DNA of 63,996 bases, counting the filler, from Stramenopiles sp. TOSAG23-2 (taxonomy: Eukaryota): the NCBI GenBank assembly GCA_900128395.1. It is 11 parts of 11 records of this genome, joined end to end, with 100 filler letters (N's around TTAATTAATTAA, not from the genome) between each part and the next. Parts side by side here need not be neighbours in the genome. Positions count along the whole stretch, not along the records: positions 1 to 5,785 come from LT650591.1; positions 5,886 to 11,663 come from LT650592.1; positions 11,764 to 17,538 come from LT650593.1; 8 more parts are not named here. One strand, 5' to 3'. Below are positions 1 through 11,764 of the stretch, one piece after another (within the stretch, counting starts at the first letter, position 1; each line of letters opens with the position of its first letter). The notes beneath the pieces were generated by a model. It made no database searches. It was not told the DNA's origin and was given only the letters and a program-made list of their open reading frames with translations. The translations under genes were made by a program, and so were the position numbers.

Positions 1-548
1 ACCAAATATATTAGCATGGAATTACAGGGGCTGGTGCCATGTAAAAATTATATCCCCACTATGAGATATGCATATTTTTTTTTTTATTTTTTTGTTTTTT
101 AGCTAATATCATAAAATGTACATCATAAGCTGATACACGTAAAAACACTAGGATGATATTATATGCATATATATTACGTTTTGTAAATTTTCCTAAAATC
201 ACTAGATCATATGATGTCGAATCATAAAATCAAAACCAAAATTGCGGGGTGCATTGTACAGTACCATTTTCTTAAATAAAGTGTACCGAACTGTGCAACT
301 TTCGCATAAAAAATACAACACGCGCTCTTTCAGTACAGTCCAATTGTCATTCGCCGGAATCTCATTTCTATCAAATATGTATTTTAAATTATTTATACGC
401 ACATAAAGTAAATTTTAGATAAATAAGAGACACACATTTGTTAAAAAGAAAGTAATTAACAACAATTGATATATTATTTTTTTGTTAATGAGACGAAAAA
501 TATGATTATTATGTGATGATATATATATATTAGAGATTTGAAATATAT

Positions 549-3500
549 TCATATCATCATTTCTTCTATAGGGCTTGACATACCATCGCTGCTGATTTCA
601 TCTGCTTTTTTTTGAGTATCACTTTCAACTTCTTCCTCAGCATTAGGTGACATTTTCAAGCTAACTGGTTTCAATCGGTTTTTATTTTGATGGTCATTTA
701 CAACCGTATCAACAATATCTGTCTTGAATAATGAACTAGGCGTTTCCGTTGTTCCTCCAATTTCTATTTTTTCTGGTTTATTTACAGGTGTATTTGTAAT
801 ATCCTTATTATCATTCCTAGCCCAAGATGCAAGACTTGGAACAACAGTGCTATCATCATCCTCTTTTACATATTCATTATCTACTACTTTCCAGCCATGT
901 GGGATTGATGATGATGGTATTGGTCTTGTAATACCAGAATTATTTACATGCCTATTTGCATCTTCTACATCCTTATTTTCAGGTTCTTCTAGATAGTAAG
1001 CTGATAAATTTCTATTCCTGGTATCAATTTCTGAAGGACGTTCTTGCGACGTCTTAGTTACCTTCACATCAATGCTTGTACTTGAAACATTATTTGCATT
1101 CTCTCTTGGATTTTCATTATCTTCAACAAATTCAATATCGCCAACTTGATCAATAGCATTGCGCACATCATTGACATGTTCATTGCCTATTCGTTGTTTA
1201 CGGACAGGAGACATGCCGCCAAACATTTCAGGAGTTGGTGCATATGTGCTTTGAATTAAAACATTTTTATTTCCATTATCAGCAACGACTGAATTTACAG
1301 GTAAGGTTAGGTTTGTCGTTGGCGTCGTAGGCGTTTTTGCAACTATTCTCATTCCACTTTTACTTCTAGCTTTTGCTTGCTTCTTTTTATTATTATTAAT
1401 ATTATTTGGCGACGTCTTGTTTTTTTTACGTGCAAATGACTTCCCACCACTAATATTATTTTTCTTTTGTTGTAACTTTTGCTGTTGTTGTTGTTGTTGC
1501 TGTTGTTGCTCCGGGATATATGCTGAGAGTAAATCTTGCATTTCTTTCCAACCACCTAATGCTTCATATTCAGAATCTATGGAAGTTTCTGGACTCAATG
1601 CACGTTGCGATTCGTTGATTTGAGAGGCATTTAATGCCGTTGTAACTTTTTGTAATTCATTTTCTATAATTTCTAATTGTCTATTTTTCTCACTCATTAA
1701 TTTATATTCTGCGGAGGATTCATCTAATTCCACGGAGTTATCTTGTTTATTAGATATTGAATTTATTTTTTGCAACAATGATTGTTTTTCCTTTTCCCAT
1801 AAGTCTCTTTCTTCCTTTAAACGTTGACTGATTTCATTATCAATAAATTGTTCTAAACGCTTTCCTGAAGATTTCGTATAAAATTTTTTATTTAGCATCG
1901 ATTTAGCAGGTGAATTTTTGTTTTTAACAAATCGCAATCCACTATTTTTACCACGGCGTTTTGGACTCATACCTTCCTTACTTCCAGCACTTCTGGATGC
2001 AACGACGCTTCTATTTTTCGCTCCTTTCTTAAGTTTTTTTGAACGATTGTCAGCGACATTTTTACCCCATTTTTTTTCTTCCTCCATATGTATACGTACT
2101 TGTTCTGCCTCATACAATTTTAATTTACGTAATTTCTCTTCTTTCATTTTAATCAACATACGATTTTTTTCACGCTTATCTTCTAAGAATTTTTTCTCTC
2201 TAACTTCACGTGCTTCGATCTCTGCTTGTAATTTCTTCCGTTTATTTGCTTCATCCAATAACTTTTGCTTTAATTCTTTCCTTTGATCTTCTGACTTTTT
2301 CAATTCTTCAACTACACGACGTCTTTCTGCTGCTTCTTTTTGGACTCTATCCCAACGCTTTGCACTTTTCTGCGGTGGTATTATGGTAGATTTAACTACT
2401 CCATTATCTGTAACAGTAGTTCCAACCTTTAGAGTTTTAGCTGTTGATGATTTTGCTTTTGTTGCTGGCTTTGATTTTTTCTTTTTTTCCCCTCCTACGG
2501 TTATAGGCTTTCGTATGATATTTTTAGATGATTTCTTTTTATTGTTGTTAAAATTATTATTTGTATCTGTTTTTGATTCAATGGGGGATTCTTGTTGCGC
2601 TTGTTCTTTCTCTTTCGCAGCTTTTCTTTTTGCCATTAATTCAATTCTTGCTCTTTCTTTTGCTTCTTTTTCTTCTAGTTTACGTTGCAATGCAATACGC
2701 TCACGAGTTTCACGATTTAATTTAGCTTCTAAAACTTTTCGTCGTTTACGTGCAAGTTTGATTTTATCTTTTCTTTCTCGTGACAATTTAATTTTTTCTT
2801 CTTTCGCTGCTTTTTCTGCAGCAAGCTTCTTTTTAACCGCACTGCCATTATTATTCTTCATCTCATTTTTATTTGTATGATTACTATTGGAGTTTGATTC
2901 ACGTGTTGCTAAACGATTTTGTAATTTTGCTTTTTCTCTATTTTTTTTACGTAATTGCTCAACCAATCGCTTTTGCCTATCTAATTCTTCTTTTAATAAA
3001 TCTTCATCTTCTTTCTTTTTCCTTGCTTCCGCCTCTCGTTTCGCTCTCGCCCATCTAGTTTCGCTTGGTTCCCCACGAACGTTCTCTCTAAAACTATTAT
3101 TACTATTACCTCCTCCTCTTCGTCTAGCAGGTGAACGCGTTTTATTACTACCAACTCTGCCTGGTGATAATCTTTTGCTAAATCCACCACCACCCCTATG
3201 CATGTAGCTATTCATTCTATTTAATGATTTATAATTATTACGTTCTCGATCCCACGCTGATGGAATACTATTATACCCTGATTGCAATTTACCAGATTCT
3301 TTCAATGCAACTGCATTTTCCCAACGTTCATCGAGTTGTGCCTTAATTTTCTTTGCTGCCTCTTTCGTTTGTTCAATACGACGTATTCTAACTGCCTCGC
3401 GTTTTTCTTTTTCTAGCCTTCTTCGTTCTAATTGTTTCTTTTTTCGAGCCTTTTCTAATCGTTCCAAACGTCTAATAACAATCAATTCCTTTGCTCTTAA

Positions 3501-4502
3501 CATTTCAGACGATTTCAATGCATTTTTTTCTTCTTGTATTTCAATAAATGCTTTGAAACGTTTTCGCTCCTCGATTTCTTCTCTTTTTTGTCGCTCCAAC
3601 GATTCTTGTTTTTTCCTTTCTCGCTCACGAACTAATTCTTCTTCTTCATGCCTAAGCTTCAATGCTTCTATTGCTTGCGCCTTTGCCTCTTTGCTTGGCA
3701 AAGAATACCGTATAGCTTGCCCTTCTTTTAAATCAACAGCAGTTCGACGTACAGGTTCAGTACTTTGTAAAGTTTCTAATATTGCTTGTACATCTGACTC
3801 TATTTGTTGTTTATATTCTGCACTTTTATTTTGTCGACTATATCTATACGTTGTTACTTTTATGTTATTTGGCACTTTTCTTCTTCTTGATCGCTTTTTC
3901 TTTCCTTTCTTTTTCGTATTATTACGTTTATTATTATTATTTGTTTTATTTGTAACAATTGGATCCGTTTCCTCCGTTGCTTCCAAGGTAACCCAACGTA
4001 TTGATGGATCTAACTGTTCCTCTTCTTCTTCGTCGTCGTCATCATCATCATAGTCACCATCCTCATTATTGTTTGCTACTTCTTGTTCAATTTGTTTTGA
4101 TCGCTGTGCATTATATGCCATTGCAACACGTTCTAATTCATCCGAGTTGTTGTTATTATTATTATTATTATCACTGTTGTTACTGTCAATATTAATATTA
4201 ATATTGTCACTAGACGTTATAGCATTGCGATAAAGTTCTTCATAGTTGACGTTGATATCTTCTGGTTTTTGTTGCTGTTTACTTTCATTTTCTGGCATTG
4301 AAGGTGATCTTTGATTGCTTTCAACCACATCAGCACGATAATCAAGTGTTGCCTGTACATGCTCTTCATACCGCTGTTTCACAGTTTCCTTTTTATTTGT
4401 CGGTAACTTGTAACTATTATTTAAATTGAGTGAGTTGTTATTATTATTATTAGTCTTTTCTAGTTGGTCATAATCTGGTATTTCAAACTCATCATTATCC
4501 AT
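549..4502 (-). CDS. Hypothetical low-complexity, coiled-coil protein (1317 aa; K/E/R-rich, poly-N, poly-Q)
   Basis: 3.95-kb uninterrupted ORF with ATG start in AT-rich DNA; long charged helical stretches; no recognisable domain. Confidence 0.8.
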   Translation of the reverse strand: MDNDEFEIPDYDQLEKTNNNNNNSLNLNNSYKLPTNKKETVKQRYEEHVQATLDYRADVVESNQRSPSMPENESKQQQKPEDINVNYEELYRNAITSSDNININIDSNNSDNNNNNNNNSDELERVAMAYNAQRSKQIEQEVANNNEDGDYDDDDDDEEEEEQLDPSIRWVTLEATEETDPIVTNKTNNNNKRNNTKKKGKKKRSRRRKVPNNIKVTTYRYSRQNKSAEYKQQIESDVQAILETLQSTEPVRRTAVDLKEGQAIRYSLPSKEAKAQAIEALKLRHEEEELVRERERKKQESLERQKREEIEERKRFKAFIEIQEEKNALKSSEMLRAKELIVIRRLERLEKARKKKQLERRRLEKEKREAVRIRRIEQTKEAAKKIKAQLDERWENAVALKESGKLQSGYNSIPSAWDRERNNYKSLNRMNSYMHRGGGGFSKRLSPGRVGSNKTRSPARRRGGGNSNNSFRENVRGEPSETRWARAKREAEARKKKEDEDLLKEELDRQKRLVEQLRKKNREKAKLQNRLATRESNSNSNHTNKNEMKNNNGSAVKKKLAAEKAAKEEKIKLSRERKDKIKLARKRRKVLEAKLNRETRERIALQRKLEEKEAKERARIELMAKRKAAKEKEQAQQESPIESKTDTNNNFNNNKKKSSKNIIRKPITVGGEKKKKSKPATKAKSSTAKTLKVGTTVTDNGVVKSTIIPPQKSAKRWDRVQKEAAERRRVVEELKKSEDQRKELKQKLLDEANKRKKLQAEIEAREVREKKFLEDKREKNRMLIKMKEEKLRKLKLYEAEQVRIHMEEEKKWGKNVADNRSKKLKKGAKNRSVVASRSAGSKEGMSPKRRGKNSGLRFVKNKNSPAKSMLNKKFYTKSSGKRLEQFIDNEISQRLKEERDLWEKEKQSLLQKINSISNKQDNSVELDESSAEYKLMSEKNRQLEIIENELQKVTTALNASQINESQRALSPETSIDSEYEALGGWKEMQDLLSAYIPEQQQQQQQQQQKLQQKKNNISGGKSFARKKNKTSPNNINNNKKKQAKARSKSGMRIVAKTPTTPTTNLTLPVNSVVADNGNKNVLIQSTYAPTPEMFGGMSPVRKQRIGNEHVNDVRNAIDQVGDIEFVEDNENPRENANNVSSTSIDVKVTKTSQERPSEIDTRNRNLSAYYLEEPENKDVEDANRHVNNSGITRPIPSSSIPHGWKVVDNEYVKEDDDSTVVPSLASWARNDNKDITNTPVNKPEKIEIGGTTETPSSLFKTDIVDTVVNDHQNKNRLKPVSLKMSPNAEEEVESDTQKKADEISSDGMSSPIEEMMI

Positions 4503-5481
4503 TTTTTGTGCTTTGTAAATATATTTATATATATATTATATATGTAATATTTAGTATATATTATTATGGTATTTTTTATATGTGTCTGTGAATATATTAA
4601 ATATTAGTATGACTTGTTGGATGGAAATGTGTTATATGCAAATATATGTATGATGTTTACATTTTGTATATATTATATATATATATAAATACAGTGCATG
4701 TATTAATACCGGTACCTATTTACCTGCTAATAAATTTTATAAAATTCAAATATGTGAATTTTAAAAAATAACCCGCACTCTAACCCGGCTGTATTTGTTC
4801 CTGTTGTAGTATAAACTTTATATATATTTAAAACAACAAAAATCATCTTAATCTAATTCACGTCGTATGATGATGCCAATTTCTGTTGATTTTTAATCTT
4901 GTATGTTCTCGATACACACTCGTATGTAAATATATATAGATGATTACACACAGAAACTACACACACACACACACACTTATAATCTACTACTACAATTGTA
5001 TATATATATATAAATACTCTTCATACTTTTATTGAAATAACTAACATGAGGAAGAAAAATTTCTGAAAATCATCGTGAAGAAATCGTTCAACTTTTTTTT
5101 AAAAATATACTAAGTACATATATTGGTATACTAATAGTCTAATAGTGCAATCAAATCAAATATTAATATTAGTATACAAATTTATATACTTAATATATAT
5201 TAAGAAAAGTATGAACGAGTTTCAGAAATTTTTCCTTGTGTGTAAGAATTAATGTAAGAATTAATGTGTCCATTTGATAGAGAGAAAACAGAAGGGTCGA
5301 TATATGTTTCAAAAAATTATGTGCGAGCGTAATAAATAAATATACACTGAAACACTGTTGTCTCGTACTACAATAATGAATACGAAGGTTCGTATCTTTT
5401 TTACTTTTTTATATAAAAGAGCTTTTTTAAATTTATATTATACTTTTTCCTGTTGCGGACACTATGAAATCTCTAAATATC

Positions 5482-5784
5482 TTATGACAACTCTTCAAGT
5501 GCATCAATTGCTAACGTATTTCCTTGTTCTGCTGCTTTTGTATACCATTCAACAGCTTTTGCTTTATCCATTGTAACACCATCACCATATTTATACATTA
5601 AACCAAGATTATATTGAGCACGCGCAATTCCTTGTTCTGCTGCTTTCGTATACCATTCAACTGCTTTTTTGTAATCCATTGTAACACCATAACCATTTTT
5701 ATACATTCTACCAAGATTACATTGACCACTTGAATGTCCTTGTTCTGCTGCTTTTGTATACCATTCAACTGCTTTTTTGTCATA
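5482..5784 (-). CDS. Sel1-like repeat protein, C-terminal fragment (5' end lost at scaffold edge)
   Basis: Three copies of KAVEWYTKAAEQG and two of (A/G)Q(Y/C)NLGxMYxxGxGVTMD with 36-aa period; frame is open up to the N spacer. Confidence 0.9.
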   Translation of the reverse strand, partial: YDKKAVEWYTKAAEQGHSSGQCNLGRMYKNGYGVTMDYKKAVEWYTKAAEQGIARAQYNLGLMYKYGDGVTMDKAKAVEWYTKAAEQGNTLAIDALEELS

Positions 5785-5785
5785 C

Positions 5786-5885
5786 NNNNNNNNNNNNNNN
5801 NNNNNNNNNNNNNNNNNNNNNNNNNNNNNTTAATTAATTAANNNNNNNNNNNNNNNNNNNNNNNNNNNNNNNNNNNNNNNNNNNN
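5786..5885. other. Artificial scaffold spacer N44-TTAATTAATTAA-N44 (also at 11664-11763, 17539-17638, 23403-23502, 29261-29360, 35115-35214, 40968-41067, 46820-46919, 52667-52766, 58506-58605)
   Basis: Ten identical 100-bp spacers with six-frame stop linker; intervening pieces are 5778, 5775, 5764, 5758, 5754, 5753, 5752, 5747 and 5739 bp, i.e. length-sorted scaffolds. Confidence 0.98.
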
Positions 5886-6832
5886 GATGTTGCTGCAGGT
5901 TAATATTATACGCCATTTTTAATATAGGTGATTTTGAACCAATGCCTAGCATCATCATTTGTGGTGGTGTTTCATCTGTTGACATATTGACACTATGTTG
6001 GAAGGATAAAAATTAATTTTACAAGTCGTATGCGTTTGTTAATATATATATATATATATATTATAATTAGTATTATATTGTGGGGTATGCCAAATTCATA
6101 TGTATACTATAATATTAGAAATTAGAAGAACTCTATATTTTTCTCACAATAATTATTTTGTTATTTATTATTAAATTTGAATTCTTCTTCCTGGAATTCC
6201 AGAATTCAAAAATACCTTAACCTGTAATTAAAATAACAAAAAAAGAAGAACAACTTTTTTATTATTTTTGTGCATCAATCACCTGTGGTAGTACGCTTTG
6301 CAATTAATATAGAAATAGTATTAAAAATTGCATCGAGATGCCTTACTATACTAATTATGCATACTTATTTTTTACAACACATTGCCTATATCAATCATCG
6401 ATGTGCGCGAAATGAATCTTGAAATGGGATATTTATTTTTCTGCCCAAAACAACAACAAAATTACATGCTGTGTCTATACTACCTGGTACGTATATACCT
6501 GAAAGTCTGTTCGTCTTTTTATTTTCTTTTAAAACAAAAAATATACAAGGCACACATCATCATCAATCCCATATTGTACACAAATACCACACAGGTAAAC
6601 TCTTCTTATATTTACCATTTATCATTTATTTGTTTTATTTATTGTTGCACATTGGTATATCGGGTGAACGAATATTTATGATACATGTAAAGTTTTGATA
6701 TACATGTTTGATACAAAGGAAATTTCTGCTACATATAATTATTAATTAAAATAATTTATTTAGTCAAAAAAAAAACACAACTGGGTACTTAAAGTTTGTA
6801 ATACAATCTCAAAGTTAAAATATTACAGTACT

Positions 6833-9800
6833 ATGCCACCAAATAATGAATCACAAGATTTAACAACTGAAGAGTTGACATCCACAAAATCAATACCGAG
6901 AAGGAGAAGAAGATTACCACGTACACCAACGCAGTCTCCACGTTCAATTCATCACGATACCCCACCTGCATCACCATCACACAAAACCTGTTTCAACATG
7001 AAAGAACCGATACCATGTATTCAAATTTTATGTCATAACATAGCTACTGAAAAAATTAATAATGAAGATATATCACATGGCGAGACAAAGGTTAAATATG
7101 TAGCAGAATTGCAATTAATAAGATCAAATAATGACAGTAATATTAAAAGATCGAATAGCGACAGTAACATTAGTCACAGTTATAGCACACCCAAAAGGAA
7201 AGGCAAATTGCGCAGATCGTTATCTACGACATCAATGAACTTAAAATTAAGGGAAAACTGGAAAATATCGTTCACATATACCGAATTATGTAAAGCGTAT
7301 CATCATGCTAGACGGGTGCGCAGTGTTGATGTTGTTGAAGATTTAATCAAGGACCAAATACGTAAAGTGAAGAAGCAAAGGCGATTGCCACGTTTAACTG
7401 CCCCACAGCTGCATTCAGGATTAGTGTGCTCTTTACTGTTGCGGTTACTTGGAGTTGCATTTTCCATCCTGCTTTTATATTTAACATATCATCATGCAGA
7501 AAAAACATTACCAAATGATGCTGAAATTTTACAGGCGTCTAGCAATGATTCGGAGTCCAAATTTTTAACAAGTATCTTTTGGAAAGCCATTTTGCACATG
7601 CTTCTGTATGTAATCAGTTTGTATTGGGGTGTAACATCGATTTTTATTGTAAGTAGAATATCCTTTATCTTCTTCCTTACTTAAATTTGATTATCTTCTT
7701 TACACTCGATCATTTGTATCAATATTTATTGACACACACATTCACACATACAAATGCATTACATAACAGTCTTTTGACATTATACGCCTCAACACATGGA
7801 CACCGCGTAAAATGTTTCTGGAACTTTTACAAGATGATGCGCCTTCTATTGCAAATGTTGAAAACATGTTCAATAAATTATTGGATGATCCGAATTTATT
7901 ATCATCAATGACACTTTGTGAATTTCTAGGTGTAAGTAGTCGTTTTGCACATGCTGGCATAACGGTTTTGAAAGAAGGTCGATGCCATAGTGTTTTGTTG
8001 AACAAAACAACGTACGAAAGATCTTTGAAAAGGCGCGGATGTAGATTTCTTTGTTTTACAATGAAGTTTGATTGGAATTTCTGTAATAAAAGAAAGAATA
8101 ATTATTGCGACGGCGAAAAACGTTGGGTTGTATTAACTCCTGAGGGTATTGCATTATTTCATTCGCCGGTTGAAAAAAGCAGTACAAATTACATCTTGTT
8201 GGATCAGACATTTAGCGTATGGATTAATGACCGAGACGAATGCGTTGTTAAAGGTTCTAATGCTGTATTAAATCTCACGTTTAGTGATGCGCACGAAGCT
8301 AGAGATTGGGTGCGGGCAATTAATCAAGTGGCTGTCAAAACCGAATTTACAAAAACTCACAAACATGGTAGTTTTGCACCACAAAGATTGCCATCGCGTG
8401 AAGGAAAAATGCCACAGTATACCGTGACAGGTAAAGTTGTACCGCCATCTCCAAATGGTAATTGTCAATGGCTTATTGATGGAGAGACGACATTTAAAAC
8501 AATGTATAAATATTTACTAACTGCCAAGAAGGAAATTTTCATTTGTGAATGGTGGATGAGTTTAGATATACCATTGGATCGATCATCTGAAAATCCGGAG
8601 GAAACAACATTATTCCATATTATAAAAAAAAAAGCTATAAATGAAAATGTACAAGTGTATGTATTATTGTATAAGGAATTAAGTGGTGTAACCGATGAAA
8701 CGAAGTCTTATACCACAGCTGAGCGTTTAAAACATATGGGATCTGAAAATATACATGTTTTACGCCATCGAAGCAGGTTTTCGATGAATATACTATGGTC
8801 CCATCATGAAAAAATTATATCTATTGACCAACGGGTTGCATTTCTTGGCGGATTGGACATATGTCCTGGCAGATTTGATAATCATAAAAAACAATTATTT
8901 GAAAGAGGTGGAAAAATTATAAATGATAATAGTCAAGATAGAAACACGTTTCCAGATCTTGATTATAGAAATCCAAGGTTATTTGCACCAAGCGAGACTG
9001 AATCAAAAAGAAATGTATTGCCTCGTATGCCATGGAGTGACATTCACGTATGTTTATTTGGTGAAGCCGCTACAGATGTTGTTCGACATGTAGTCGATCG
9101 TTGGAACTATGCACGTATGGTCACTGGTGCATTTAAGCGCATACCTGCAACTATATGTCGAGATAAATGGTGGAAAAAGGAAAACGAGCATGAAGGGAGC
9201 AATGAGTTGGATTTAAATGTACCGAATCTTAGTCCATATCGTTATAATAATAAAAAAAATACATCGTCATCACAGGCAGGAGTATTGTCATCTTGTAAAT
9301 GCCAAATTGTTCGCAGCATATCAAGGTGGAGTGGTGGATGCATAATAGAAACTAGTATACATGAAGCTTACATTAAAGCAATTGAAGAATCGCAACATTT
9401 TATCTACATAGAAAATCAATTTTTTTGCACTGGCTGTGAAGGTGATGAATATCTTGGTAATCGTATAGCCGAAGCATTACGTATCCGCATCAATCGTGCA
9501 CATGAGTATGATGAGCAATTCAGAGTAATGGTTGTATTGCCATTACTGCCGGAAGGAGCTGGAGATTGTCAAAAATCCAACACGCCATTAGTTGCTATGA
9601 TACATTGGCAACTATCGTCTATCAGTCGTTCCAAGCGTTCATTGTTTGAAAAATTACGCCTAGATGGTGTTGATAAACCGGAACAATATATACATTTTTT
9701 TTCACAACGAACATATGATGTTAGGCCAAGTGATGGTAAAGTTTTTACATCGATGATATATGTACATTCGAAAGCTATGATTGTTGATGATAGAATATCT

Positions 9801-10367
9801 ATCATAGGTTCTGCTAATATTAATGACAGATCCATGCTTGGTATTCGCGATTCCGAAATCGCTGTTGTTATTGAGGATATTGTTGGTCCTTGCATTCCTT
9901 TAGGTAATAATAAAAAATTTGATGCTGGAAATTTTTCCCACTCATTACGTATGCAATTATTTAAACAAATGTTGGGTGATAAAAAGCATTGCCCAAATCC
10001 AGCTAGCAACGAAGGTTGGGATTTATTAGTATCTGTTGCTATTTGCAACACAGCAATTTATGAAGATACGTTCCCTATTGGCGAAATACTACCATCCAAT
10101 TCGATTCAAACTTGGGACAAGTGCCTCAAAGCACTGAAAGACTCAAAAAAAGAAGAGAAACATTTGAAAAATCTATATACATCCGGCGCGGAAACTGATA
10201 GAGCTGAATGGGCAGCGGAAAATAAAAGGCGTTTGAATTCCTTGACAAGCAGCATTCAAGGCACATTAGTGGAATATCCAATTCATTTTTTAAATGGTGA
10301 AAAATCGTTAGAACCACGATATCATGATGTTGCAAGTAGTATAGCCCCGAGTGATTTATTTAATTAA
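6833..10367 (+). CDS. Phospholipase D, PX(with transmembrane insert)-PH-HKD-HKD type, ~1137 aa; exons 6833-7648 and 7770-10367
   Basis: Two HxKxxxxD motifs (HEKIISID, HSKAMIVD), GGLD, PRMPWSD, YIENQFF, IGSANINDRSM; PH-like KRWVVLT...ARDWVRAI; phase-0 intron GTAAGT(7649)..AACAG(7769) joins the 283-aa and 851-aa ORFs in frame; two hydrophobic helices at the end of exon 1. Confidence 0.92.
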
Positions 10368-10960
10368 AAAAAATAAAAACGATGAAGCGCGAGAAATGAT
10401 TCATTTTAAAGACGTATGCATCAATTTACGCACGGGAGAGGTTCGAAAACGTGTGAAAACAGACTTCGTTTAGTATTAATAATATCACCACAAACGTAAT
10501 ACATCTCTAGGACATCTCCGGTAGAGAGTGTGTGTATAACAAAATTTAAAAAAAACTACGAATCTCAGTAAAAATAAATTATCGGGGGATAATTTTTATA
10601 ATAAATCCATTTCATTATGCGCAACTATATCCACACACTATATATCCTCTCTCACACCCTATTATTGAACCATCCAATTTGTATGTGGTAAAACTTTACG
10701 TTCATGTTGAATACTTTGATTTGCATATTTATCTATAATCAAACCTGTCTCTTTTAATTTCATGTTGTAACTTGGTATATCCTCTTTTCGCCTAGGTCGG
10801 TAACGAAACATTTTATCCATACGATCTATAACAGGTCCTAATACAAAATCTGCTTCATCTGTAATTAATGCCTTGCCCCAAGTTAAATAACATTTCAATT
10901 TTTTCATTTTTTTATTCGAAGTACTATTGTTATTATTATTATTAAATTTTAACATTGAAA

Positions 10961-11663
10961 ATGCTAAATCAACTAAATTTGATACACTCTGTTATAAAGA
11001 AAACTACAAGAAGTAAATCCAAATTATCTCCTCCTTATAGAAAAAAAGCAGATAGTAATAGTAGTAGTTTTAAAGGCACTGTATCCGACGAGAAAAAACA
11101 AATTAAACCTATTGATAGAACTAAAACTACCACAAGTCCTACTGCTATATCAATAAATGTAGATAATAGTAACAATAATAATACGAATAACCAGAAAATG
11201 AAGCAACAGAAATTGCCAATAACACCCATTATTAAGCAAAAACGTAAGCCAAGACGACGACTAGATGAGACTAATGTACAAGATTTATTCTCTCCAGCAA
11301 TAAAATCATTGAAAAAAAATATGTATGATCAGTTACAGATAAATATCAATTTTGATACAAGTGAAAATGATGCAATGGAAGAAATATTGAAACAAAGGCG
11401 AGATCAAGTACGAGCAGAAACGCCTGAAACACCAGACAATAATTACGAATGGAACAGAAAGACAACACCAATTTTATCTAAATCACCAAAACGTAAAAGG
11501 GTCAAAACGCCAAATGCTATACCACTGCCTAATATATTGACATCTGCATCTCCGTTGGTAACATTACGTTTAGTCAAAGGGAAGTTGTATAATAGTGTTG
11601 GGAATCCTCGGCCAGACACTGCAGAAGAAGATAGAATCACACCAAGAAGAAGGGGAGTAAATG
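10961..11663 (+). CDS. Hypothetical low-complexity protein fragment (3' truncated at spacer)
   Basis: Open frame of about 235 codons with S/P/K/N-rich composition like other genes here; no domain recognised. Confidence 0.45.
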
Positions 11664-11764
11664 NNNNNNNNNNNNNNNNNNNNNNNNNNNNNNNNNNNNN
11701 NNNNNNNTTAATTAATTAANNNNNNNNNNNNNNNNNNNNNNNNNNNNNNNNNNNNNNNNNNNNT

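Noticed and set aside
724..4195. Many plus-strand ORFs antisense to the 1317-aa gene (likewise 39020-40288, 50120-51079, 20625-21335, 62755-63246)
   Set aside because: Shadow ORFs of long low-complexity coding sequence; F/L/S-rich with no motifs
5482..5784. Sel1 repeats as bacterial contamination or recent horizontal transfer
   Set aside because: Flanked by typical host AT-rich DNA; Sel1 proteins are common in protists and the fragment is too short to infer origin
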